From Candidatus Hodarchaeum mangrovi (lineage in GTDB: Archaea > Asgardarchaeota > Heimdallarchaeia > Hodarchaeales > Hodarchaeaceae), in the NCBI GenBank assembly GCA_016839515.1, contig JAEOUE010000149.1:1-29590 (forward strand): a DNA stretch of 29,590 nt, read 5' to 3'. Below are positions 9,937 to 18,092 of the stretch, piece by piece (positions within the stretch are counted from its first letter, which is position 1; each line of letters begins with the position of its first letter). The notes beneath the pieces are model-generated. The model searched no databases, was not told the origin of the DNA, and worked only from the letters and a program-made list of their open reading frames with translations. The translations under genes were made by a program, and so were the position numbers.

Positions 9937-10851
9937 TTAGGATAGCTGAAACATTCTTTCAATACATCTTCGTGAATGATTTGATATTTCACTTGGAATT
10001 TGAATTTGGTATCTTTCATATAAAAGTGAAAGATAAAGATTGTACAAAGTGATTTTCTTTTGTTGAATACAAATTGCTTCATTTAATAAGGGAATGAATT
10101 TTTTGTCTGGATATTCCTTTCTTAATCGATCTAAAAGACCGAGTTCTGTACCAATAATAAATTCTTTAGATTTAGAATGAGAGACCTCGATTATCATTCC
10201 TGCAGTAGAGGTAACTTTATCTGCTAGATCTTGAACTGCAGGTTCAGTTTCAGGATGTACGATTACTTCAGCATGAGGATATAGTTCTTTCTTCCTTCTA
10301 ACGTCTGAAGGTTGAAATTTCTGATGGACGTAACAATATCCATTATCAGGAATTGGAATGATCTTTTTATCAGGAACTTTTTGTTGTATGTAATATGCAA
10401 GATTTTTATCAGGACCAATTAATATCTCTCTTTCTTTGATTGAAGAAATAACTTTTACAGCGTTTCCTGAAGTGATGCAAATATCTGCAAATGCTCTTGA
10501 TTCAGCTGTTGAATTTATATATAAAACAACAATTGCATTGGGATACTTCGTTTTATATTCGGTTATGATTTTTGGAGAAAGCATATAAGCCATCGGACAT
10601 TTTACCATGGTAGAAGGTATTATAACTTTTTTAGACGGATTTAAAATTGCAGCTGTTTCAGCCATAAACTCTGCTCCTGCAAATACAATTAGATTAGCCT
10701 TTATTTTACTAACTTTATGTGCTAATTCTAAGCTATCTCCAGTAAAATCTGCTAAATCTTGAATAATGGGAGCTTGATAGTTATGAGCCAGTAAAATTGC
10801 GTTCTTTTGCTTTTTTAACACCATTATCTCATTTATCAAATCTTGTGACAA
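9937..10851 (-). CDS. nadA: Quinolinate synthase A
   Basis: ILLAHNYQ, GDSLEL, FMAETA, CPMA, YINS, CYVH, HPE and GTE motifs; TTG start; adjacent to nadC. Confidence 0.96.
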   Translation of the reverse strand: MSQDLINEIMVLKKQKNAILLAHNYQAPIIQDLADFTGDSLELAHKVSKIKANLIVFAGAEFMAETAAILNPSKKVIIPSTMVKCPMAYMLSPKIITEYKTKYPNAIVVLYINSTAESRAFADICITSGNAVKVISSIKEREILIGPDKNLAYYIQQKVPDKKIIPIPDNGYCYVHQKFQPSDVRRKKELYPHAEVIVHPETEPAVQDLADKVTSTAGMIIEVSHSKSKEFIIGTELGLLDRLRKEYPDKKFIPLLNEAICIQQKKITLYNLYLSLLYERYQIQIPSEISNHSRRCIERMFQLS

Positions 10852-10992
10852 TTCATTACTCTCAAGGTTTATTTTTCAATTCCCACAATGAGTTATTGAA
10901 TGAAAAACAAAGTAGCTATTTTTTGGGTCAATTAATAGATCTTTAAGATGAGAAGATATAAATTTCCAAACAAACAACATTCCCTCAAATAA

Positions 10993-11697
10993 GTGGTGTT
11001 ATTTATTCAGGTTACATGTCTTGTTTCAGGTGGAAAAGATTCTGTTTTAGCACTCTGGGTAGCTTTACATAAATATGAGGTACAATCAATTGTCACGATT
11101 CAAACAGAAAAATCTGATAGTTATCTATTTCATATTCCCAATAGTAGACATGTAGGATTAATCGCTACTATGCTCAAAATTCCTCATTTAACAGCGTACT
11201 CTAATGATAATAATCCAAATCGTGAATTAATGGTGTTAAAAGATATTTTGGAAGAAACCAAAGCAGAAGCTGTTATTACAGGAGGCATAAGATCTGATTT
11301 TCAGCGTTACAAGTTTAATCGTGCTGCTAAATTGGCAGGGATGAAATGTTTTAATCCTTTATGGAGATTAAAACCTGAAAAACTCATTTCAGAGTTTCTT
11401 ACAAATAATTTTAATGTGATTTTTGTTGCGGTGGCTTCCATGGGATTTAGTAAAGATTTATTAGGAAAAAAGATTACCTTTGAAACATTAGAGAGAATAA
11501 GAAAAAATATGCCTGGAACGGATTTATCTTTAACAGGAGAGGGTGGGGAATATGAATCTTTTGTTCTAGATGCACCATTTTTTCCATCAGAAATCAAAAT
11601 TCTCAGATCCAAAGTACACTGGGATGAAACAAGAGAAGAAGGATCATATGAAATTCTAGAGGCTAAACTTATTGAAAAAGACTCATATTTCGAATAA
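10993..11697 (+). CDS. dph6: Diphthine--ammonia ligase family PP-loop ATPase
   Basis: SGGKDS PP-loop, SYLFH.PN, PLW and GEGGEYESFVLDAPFF motifs. Confidence 0.9.
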   Translation: MVLFIQVTCLVSGGKDSVLALWVALHKYEVQSIVTIQTEKSDSYLFHIPNSRHVGLIATMLKIPHLTAYSNDNNPNRELMVLKDILEETKAEAVITGGIRSDFQRYKFNRAAKLAGMKCFNPLWRLKPEKLISEFLTNNFNVIFVAVASMGFSKDLLGKKITFETLERIRKNMPGTDLSLTGEGGEYESFVLDAPFFPSEIKILRSKVHWDETREEGSYEILEAKLIEKDSYFE

Positions 11698-11730
11698 CAA
11701 TGATCCGTTGAAATTGAGAATTGAATTTTT

Positions 11731-12594
11731 TTATCCTTCATATGTGAGAATAAAGTTGGCTGTCGCTAATAATCTATTATCAACAGTATTCCATAAAAAA
11801 AGCAGTACCAAATAGTTTTCAGACACGGCTACTTGTGAAGTTGGACGAATTGTAAAATTAGCACTTGGAAAATTGGTATTCTCAAACTTTAATAATGAGA
11901 AAAAGTAGCTTGATGTATTAACATTATCAAGTTCAAAATAAATTTTTGACGATGAGTCTGTTGTGAATTCTAGCTTTAACTCAAGGTCTAAACTGCCATA
12001 ATTTTGAATTGTAATGGGTACATTCAATCCTCCAACAGGAAGTGTAGGATCAATTGGAGGAGATATAGTTACTGGCCCATAAGTATCTCCAATCTTTAAA
12101 ATTTCTGATTTAAATTTCTTTGCTGAACGTGGATTATCTGATCCCTCTGGATAGATGGTAACTTCCAAATAAATTGTATCATTTTGGGGTGTTAATTCTG
12201 ATGGATTATTCTCTGGTTCACAAGAAATAGGGAAGGTTTGAATACTCAAAGCAGGAAGAATTATCTCATTAACATCTAGGTTTAAAGTCCACCCCTCAAT
12301 AGTTGTAAGGTTAAACCAGCTTAAAGTAAAGCTATCAGAAAAGATTCTGACATTAGATCTTTCGATATTCTGAATTGTTACCTCAAATTGATCAATGTAT
12401 ATATCATCGTCAGTTGTTTTAAATTCTGAAATTGAAATGATGTCTATTTTTAAGGGAGTAGGAGCAGTAAACGTACCAAACATTACTATAGCAACTCCTA
12501 TACCAGCTACGACAACAAGACCTATTAACAAGACAGTAGCGATAACAGGAGAAACTCCACGCGATTTTCTTTGAAATTTCTTGAAATAATTCAT
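11731..12594 (-). CDS. Archaeal type IV pilin/archaellin-like protein (class III signal peptide)
   Basis: From ATG at 12594 (track starts at 12627): MNYFKKFQRKSRG|VSPVIATVLLIGLVVVAGIGVAIVM, a PibD/FlaK-type cleavage site plus hydrophobic helix; beta-rich remainder. Confidence 0.88.
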   Translation of the reverse strand: MNYFKKFQRKSRGVSPVIATVLLIGLVVVAGIGVAIVMFGTFTAPTPLKIDIISISEFKTTDDDIYIDQFEVTIQNIERSNVRIFSDSFTLSWFNLTTIEGWTLNLDVNEIILPALSIQTFPISCEPENNPSELTPQNDTIYLEVTIYPEGSDNPRSAKKFKSEILKIGDTYGPVTISPPIDPTLPVGGLNVPITIQNYGSLDLELKLEFTTDSSSKIYFELDNVNTSSYFFSLLKFENTNFPSANFTIRPTSQVAVSENYLVLLFLWNTVDNRLLATANFILTYEG

Positions 12595-12864
12595 TTTACC
12601 TATACTCCACGCATGAATTTCAAACAATCAGAATATTTGTCTTCTTCTTTGCATTTCCTAGATGAAAAGAACATGAATTACTAATTTAAAAACTCACTTT
12701 TTTACAAGAAATTCTTGTCATTTATCATTTTATGAAGTTTTTTCTAACATTCGATTTCCAAAACCTATAATTGAGATTTTAACTTTTTATTTCCATTGCA
12801 CCTAAATAAGGGGAAATAGATGGAAAATAAGTTTGACTGGAATAAGAACAAAGATATCAGCCAT

Positions 12865-12954
12865 AGCTTTTCTGCTATTCCGGACGGAAATCAACATCAT
12901 CGCAACGGGTATGCCTCTGTTGTCCGATACAATAGCAGACTTTGCCTTAAAGCT
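12865..12954 (-). ncRNA. Candidate structured RNA with nested stems and a K-turn-like motif
   Basis: Complementary pairs 12865-70/12949-54, 12871-79/12931-39, 12881-85/12922-26, 12893-96/12918-21; richer in GC than the adjacent AT-rich spacer. Strand chosen only because the GA/GA tandem reads on minus. Confidence 0.4.
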
Positions 12955-12968
12955 CCATTAGTCCAAAT

Positions 12969-14834
12969 TTACCATCTAGAGAAACCAATTCCACAAATTT
13001 CTGAAATCAATAGTAAAAAGAGGGCAATTTCCTCCATTTCTTTATTTGAATCACTTGTTACAAAAACTACTCCTTCTCCTTTTTTCAATGGCTCTAAAAT
13101 AGTTGATAATATAGTGTCTTGAGTTTTTGCGAGGGTCCAAAGTGCTTCTTGTTCTAATGCTTTGCGCATATCTGCTTCTTCTATGAATTTAGTAAATTTC
13201 GAGGGAATTTTTTCTTTCACGTAATCTCGATAGGGTGGAATAATAAGAATTGACCCATCTCGTGGGATTTTAAAGCGAGGAGAAAGATCATATCGTTTTA
13301 ATTGGGTTTGAGATAAATACTCAACAATACTTAACCATAGAAGTGCTCTTAATGCAATCTGGATTTTATCAATAAGTCCTTCAATTAAGATATGGTTATG
13401 TTGAAGCTGTATTTCTCCTCCAATCCTGACAGATAAATCTTCAAGAGTGTCCTTAAAAGCTGATAATCGGTCTTCAGGTATACATACGTGAATGGCGAAA
13501 TGATTGTCAACTCCTTGGAAAATTCGAATTTCAATATTCTTTCCATCATAATCTAATACTTGGGATTCGGTGATACTAATTGCATAAGGTGCAGTATCGA
13601 GAATAATAGGTAAACCATCAAAATTATAGGCAAGACCACTTTTTCTTGCGTTATCTAATCTTGCTAGCACTTCTGTGCTTACTTTTTGCGAAGGAATTGG
13701 TCTGATAGTCGTTGGTTTGACTTCTGCTTCAGTTTTTATATTAGGTTCTGGATATAATCGATCAGGTATAATTGGGATAGAATCAGGTTCTGCAGATATC
13801 ACAATCTCTGGTTTCACTTTTGGTATGGAAGATAATTGAACTTCAGCAGCTTTAGAAGGATGTGATTCAACAGTTAAACCTGAAAGGTCTGGAATTAGGT
13901 CTTCTTTTCTTTTCGGTGTAGAAATAGAGAGTTCACGGAGTTTTTGCATTAGTTGGGTTGACATTGTTACTACAATATCTTTTCCAGGTTGTAAAACTGT
14001 ATTTAGTAGAATTTCATTACGGATGAAAACATCCTCTCTTCTTGGGAGTAAAGCTATGGATTGAGCAATTTCATATGCATCTGCATTTGAAATAAAATTT
14101 CTCATTTTAGCTGCATTAGACTGATCCCCAAATAACCTAGCAATAACATCATAAACTTCTTCACTCGGTTCTGCGGAGAAATATTGGCGTAGAGGAGATT
14201 TTTGTCCTAGGACTAGAATGTTATCATTCTCTTCAATGCTAGGTAAAGGAGTAAATGATAGAATTTTCATCCGTTCAGATTTCAAAACGTTTTCTCTAAG
14301 CTCTGTTTGATTGTTTGGATCCACAAAATGGATATTGGAGGTTAATTGCTCTATTCCAAATTGTAAATCATGTGCAAAAGCAGTTAAAATTACTAGTGCA
14401 CCTAATATACCGCTTGGAGTTCTTGGAATAAGAAATACTGAATCATATGGTGCAGCTAATATCTGATAGAAACAATCAAGATGTTTGTTTTGTGCATCTA
14501 ATATATTTCCAGCTAAAAACTCTTCAAGAAGCTTAAGAATTATTCCCATCGCTGGAATTACTTGTTTTGCACTTTTTTCTAGTGGGATCAGAACAATTCC
14601 AACTAAAGAGTCATTCTGGTTTAGCTGAGAGGTTAAAAATATCATCCGATGATTTTCAAAACGAATAAAATGGATCTGTTCTCCATCTACTATTTTTTCA
14701 GAAAAAAGATTAATTACCTGGGTTACGCTTGCAGCGGTCTTCGAGTGTTTGGTGAGAGGTCCATAACCAGAGCTAAAGATTATTCTGTTTTGGTGAATCA
14801 CAAGGATGTCACTAGTTGATTCAGGGGTACTCAT
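12969..14834 (-). CDS. Hypothetical protein with N-terminal longin-like domain (possibly DENN-like), Pro-rich linker and C-terminal alpha/beta domain
   Basis: 621-aa ORF; N-terminal pattern ILVIH / RIIFS / helix / IHFIRF / RMIFL / LVGIVLI / helix matches longin topology; Pro/Glu/Ser-rich centre. Confidence 0.6.
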   Translation of the reverse strand: MSTPESTSDILVIHQNRIIFSSGYGPLTKHSKTAASVTQVINLFSEKIVDGEQIHFIRFENHRMIFLTSQLNQNDSLVGIVLIPLEKSAKQVIPAMGIILKLLEEFLAGNILDAQNKHLDCFYQILAAPYDSVFLIPRTPSGILGALVILTAFAHDLQFGIEQLTSNIHFVDPNNQTELRENVLKSERMKILSFTPLPSIEENDNILVLGQKSPLRQYFSAEPSEEVYDVIARLFGDQSNAAKMRNFISNADAYEIAQSIALLPRREDVFIRNEILLNTVLQPGKDIVVTMSTQLMQKLRELSISTPKRKEDLIPDLSGLTVESHPSKAAEVQLSSIPKVKPEIVISAEPDSIPIIPDRLYPEPNIKTEAEVKPTTIRPIPSQKVSTEVLARLDNARKSGLAYNFDGLPIILDTAPYAISITESQVLDYDGKNIEIRIFQGVDNHFAIHVCIPEDRLSAFKDTLEDLSVRIGGEIQLQHNHILIEGLIDKIQIALRALLWLSIVEYLSQTQLKRYDLSPRFKIPRDGSILIIPPYRDYVKEKIPSKFTKFIEEADMRKALEQEALWTLAKTQDTILSTILEPLKKGEGVVFVTSDSNKEMEEIALFLLLISEICGIGFSRW

Positions 14835-14882
14835 GCTTGTTCAATCGCTTGTACTCCAAACTTGATTTTTAAACTTTGATAT

Positions 14883-15515
14883 TCAAATTATTTGCTTCCA
14901 CAATAGTTTAAAATTTACTTTACCTTCTCTCAGAATAATTGGATTAGAATAATCGGTAAAATCAACAACAGTAGAGGGAGGATTTAGGGGTAAGGTCCCC
15001 TCATCAATCCATAAATCCACATCTTTGAATTTATGCTCATTTATCAAATTATCTATATTATAAACTGGATTATCTCCAGAAATATTGGCTGATGTTCCAA
15101 TAATAGGAATTCCTAACTTTTTAATAATACTTAATAACATTTTATGATCTGGAACTCGGAACGCAATCTTTTGAAAATTACTTACATTAAGAAATGAAGA
15201 GAGTTCATCTTGAGGGGTTCTTATAAAGAAAATACCCGTAAAGCTCCCAGGCCAGACTTCAGCTAACAATCTTTTTATATTCTCTGGGATTTCCAAATAT
15301 CTATTAATCATTTCTTCAGATATTAGTAAGCTTAATGGCTTGTTTATTGAACGTTCTTTGATTCGATAAATTTTCAAGATGTTTTTATCATTCCATTTCA
15401 GTCCAATGGTACCGAGCCCATAACAGGTATCAGTAGGGTAAACAACAATCCTTCCTCTCTGAAAATAATCAATAGCAATTGAAATGCAATCTAAATCTTT
15501 AATATTAAGAATCAT
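14883..15515 (-). CDS. sua5: L-threonylcarbamoyladenylate synthase (Sua5/TsaC/YrdC, short form)
   Basis: VVYPTDTCYGL, IKERS.NKPL, WPGSFT, AFRVPDH, GTSANISG, PSTVVD. Confidence 0.95.
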   Translation of the reverse strand: MILNIKDLDCISIAIDYFQRGRIVVYPTDTCYGLGTIGLKWNDKNILKIYRIKERSINKPLSLLISEEMINRYLEIPENIKRLLAEVWPGSFTGIFFIRTPQDELSSFLNVSNFQKIAFRVPDHKMLLSIIKKLGIPIIGTSANISGDNPVYNIDNLINEHKFKDVDLWIDEGTLPLNPPSTVVDFTDYSNPIILREGKVNFKLLWKQII

Positions 15516-15568
15516 ATGGGGTTCTGCTCTTCAAATTTTACGAGAGAAAAAAATTATTATTTACATGT

Positions 15569-16321
15569 TTATTGCTGTTGTTTCATCATTTGGATAATAA
15601 TTTCTCGAATCAAGCTTTCCACTGGTTTAATAACTCGATTTACACTTTGGGGTCTAAATTCCTTCTTTAATTTACCTGAATTGTCCACGATTTCAGTTCT
15701 ATTACCTTTAGAAAGAAGGTTTTTCAAATCATCTCGTGCATCAAGGCATGAGACTTCAATAATTCTAACTGCAGCATCTCTTAGATTAGCAGTGGTACCT
15801 GATTCACTTAATAGTTTCCCAACTTCTATTGAGCTTATACGGGATTCAATAGGAAGGTCCATTTTATTTAACATGATAAAATAGGGTAATGCACCACTCG
15901 CAAGTTTATCTCCAGCAAGATGATTAATCTCAATAAGAGAGTTTTTATTTTCTTCCCAACGCGATTTCTCTGAGTCAACAACAACAATTAAACCATGAGC
16001 TCCTCTTAAGACTACTTTTCGTTGTCCTGCATGACGTTCTTGTCCAGGTACAGTGAAAAGATGATATTTTAAAATTGGAAGGCCAGCTGTTGTTTTTCCA
16101 ATACCGAAAATCCCTTGATCAAAAAACAATGTTCTTCCTGTGGGATCTTCAAGTTTTAGGAATTTGTAAACATTCTCTGGATCCTCAAGACTCTTCAATA
16201 CTTTCGTGATGGTTAACGCTGTAGTCTTTCCTGCAAGAGTAGGACCCCAGAATACAATTTTAACAACAGGAACACCTTGATGATCCCTTTTAATGACTTC
16301 AAAGCTTGCATCTGCTTGCAT
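15569..16321 (-). CDS. MglA-like small GTPase
   Basis: KIVFWGPTLAGKTT (G1), GRTLFFD (switch I with Arg), HLFTVPGQ (G3 lacking Asp), NKMD (G4): the MglA-family signature. Confidence 0.88.
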   Translation of the reverse strand: MQADASFEVIKRDHQGVPVVKIVFWGPTLAGKTTALTITKVLKSLEDPENVYKFLKLEDPTGRTLFFDQGIFGIGKTTAGLPILKYHLFTVPGQERHAGQRKVVLRGAHGLIVVVDSEKSRWEENKNSLIEINHLAGDKLASGALPYFIMLNKMDLPIESRISSIEVGKLLSESGTTANLRDAAVRIIEVSCLDARDDLKNLLSKGNRTEIVDNSGKLKKEFRPQSVNRVIKPVESLIREIIIQMMKQQQ

Positions 16322-16347
16322 TGTTCTTCCCTAGTTTGAATAATGAA

Positions 16348-16896
16348 TTAAATTCTATTTTGTAATGTGAGAAATCGCTTTGCAAGATCTGAAAAGATTC
16401 GATCGATTTCTGGGCCACCATTTTTTGCAGAAGTTTCATAATAAACCATATCATACGATTTGGCTAATTCTTTAGCCTCTTCATAAGGAATTTTTCTTTC
16501 AAGTTCTTTATCTTTTTTATTCCCTGCGAGAGCAAGCGGAATGTCCTTGGAAGACATATATTTACGAAATTCCGTAATCCAATCTGGAACTGACACAAAT
16601 GATTTTTCATCATCCAAGGCAAACATAATCAAACAGGCATAAGCTCCTCGATAATAACTTGGACGTAATTTTCCGAAAAATTCCTGACCAGCAGTATCTA
16701 CAAGGATCAATTTAATATTATTGTTACCAACCCTGATTTTCTTCGTAGTTATATCTACTCCTAGAGTAGGCAGATAATTCTTGTCAAATTTGTTCTCAGC
16801 ATATCTTCTGATTAAAGAGGTTTTCCCTACTCCTCCTGAGCCAATAGCACATATTTTAAATAGATATTCATTACTAGACACTATAGATTCTTCCAA
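16348..16896 (-). CDS. Rab-like Ras-superfamily small GTPase
   Basis: YLFKICAIGSGGVGKTS, PTLGVD, DTAGQE, YYRGA, GNKKD, ETSAK; TTG start. Confidence 0.95.
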   Translation of the reverse strand: MEESIVSSNEYLFKICAIGSGGVGKTSLIRRYAENKFDKNYLPTLGVDITTKKIRVGNNNIKLILVDTAGQEFFGKLRPSYYRGAYACLIMFALDDEKSFVSVPDWITEFRKYMSSKDIPLALAGNKKDKELERKIPYEEAKELAKSYDMVYYETSAKNGGPEIDRIFSDLAKRFLTLQNRI

Positions 16897-16905
16897 GGAA
16901 TGAGA

Positions 16906-17853
16906 CTAAATACCTAATTTTGATAGATCTTGTAAAGATTTTCTCATATCTTCTATGAATTCATCCCGTTCAGAGCGAGTTTTTTCTCTAAGAAGTTCAA
17001 TAAACATAACTCTACCATTTTCTATGAATAATCGAACCTGATAATGTGAAGCAGGAAATATTCCTGATGGAAGATCATCCATAGGTTCTAATTTTACAAC
17101 ATCTTTTGAGAAAATAGCGACATGTTCTCGAATGGCAGAAAATACCGAATTACCAATAATAATAATCTCACGTTCTAATTCAGATGGGATATCAAGTTCT
17201 TTTAACTTATTTGTGACTTCATTAATGGATACATCCGCCTTCAGTTTCACAGGGGCTGTAACCACAACTTCTGTTTCCTTTACGATTCGAGTTGCTGGTC
17301 TCACTGGGGAGATAGTTGAGGTTGTTGTTTGAGTAGATGACGTTGGTTGTTTAACAGAAATATCAGGAGTTTTAGTTATGGGTGTAGGTTTTGGTGTTTG
17401 AGTAGGGGTTGGTACAGTTGATGGGACTGGACGTGAAGTTGATGCGGGTGCAGGACGAGGAGTTACAGAAGCAGAAGGGGCTGGAGTCGGTTTAGGCTGT
17501 GTAATGGGTGTTTCTGAAATAATTTGCTGTGGTTCTTCAGCTGGAACTTCACCGAACAGTGTAAGAAACTCTCTTCCTTCTAAACCAGGATCAAGACTGT
17601 CTATTCTATAAACCATCCCATATTGCTCTTGTCGCATCTGTTGAGCAGCTTTTGCTGAGATAAATTTTCGTCTAACTGGAGCTTTCTCCCCTTTCCAAAT
17701 AAAGATCTTTCTAGAATTTTCATCAACGATTATATATACATTATCATTAGAAAGATCGGATAGAGAGGAAACAGGGACGGGATTTAATTCACCATCATCT
17801 TTTACGGTATATTTTTTTACCAGTTCCGAATCAATCAACGTTAATACACCCAT
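16906..17853 (-). CDS. Gelsolin-domain protein (one gelsolin domain + Pro/Thr linker + C-terminal domain)
   Basis: DLSNDNVYIIVDENSRKIFIWKGEKAPVRRKFISAKAAQQM...DPGLEGREFLTLFG matches the gelsolin repeat consensus. Confidence 0.85.
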   Translation of the reverse strand: MGVLTLIDSELVKKYTVKDDGELNPVPVSSLSDLSNDNVYIIVDENSRKIFIWKGEKAPVRRKFISAKAAQQMRQEQYGMVYRIDSLDPGLEGREFLTLFGEVPAEEPQQIISETPITQPKPTPAPSASVTPRPAPASTSRPVPSTVPTPTQTPKPTPITKTPDISVKQPTSSTQTTTSTISPVRPATRIVKETEVVVTAPVKLKADVSINEVTNKLKELDIPSELEREIIIIGNSVFSAIREHVAIFSKDVVKLEPMDDLPSGIFPASHYQVRLFIENGRVMFIELLREKTRSERDEFIEDMRKSLQDLSKLGI

Positions 17854-18092
17854 TATGACAAGATTTGTTCTCTATTAATAATTTAAATTTATTATGAACA
17901 GATATATTATTAGAAATAATACTTTATTAAAAATTTAGGTTTCACCAATTTAAATTATTACAAATAAACTCACCTTCATATCTTATAGATTTGTATTCAA
18001 ATAATAATTGATTAACTAATAATATGGTTATAATGATATTTAAAAACGATAAAAAAAGTAAATTTTTATGAAGATTATTAGGAGACTAAAAA

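Noticed and set aside
12856-12960. 5S rRNA, SECIS, TPP or fluoride riboswitch for the structured segment
   Set aside because: Only fragments match (cagccatagc, atacccgt, gcgatgatgtt). The 5S CCGAAC loop and riboswitch cores are absent; AUGA is on the wrong arm for a SECIS, and the upstream gene ends in TAA with no in-frame TGA.
12820-13122. 100-aa plus-strand ORF
   Set aside because: Overlaps the 3' end of the 621-aa gene antisense and has no recognisable motif; the region is better explained by the RNA structure.
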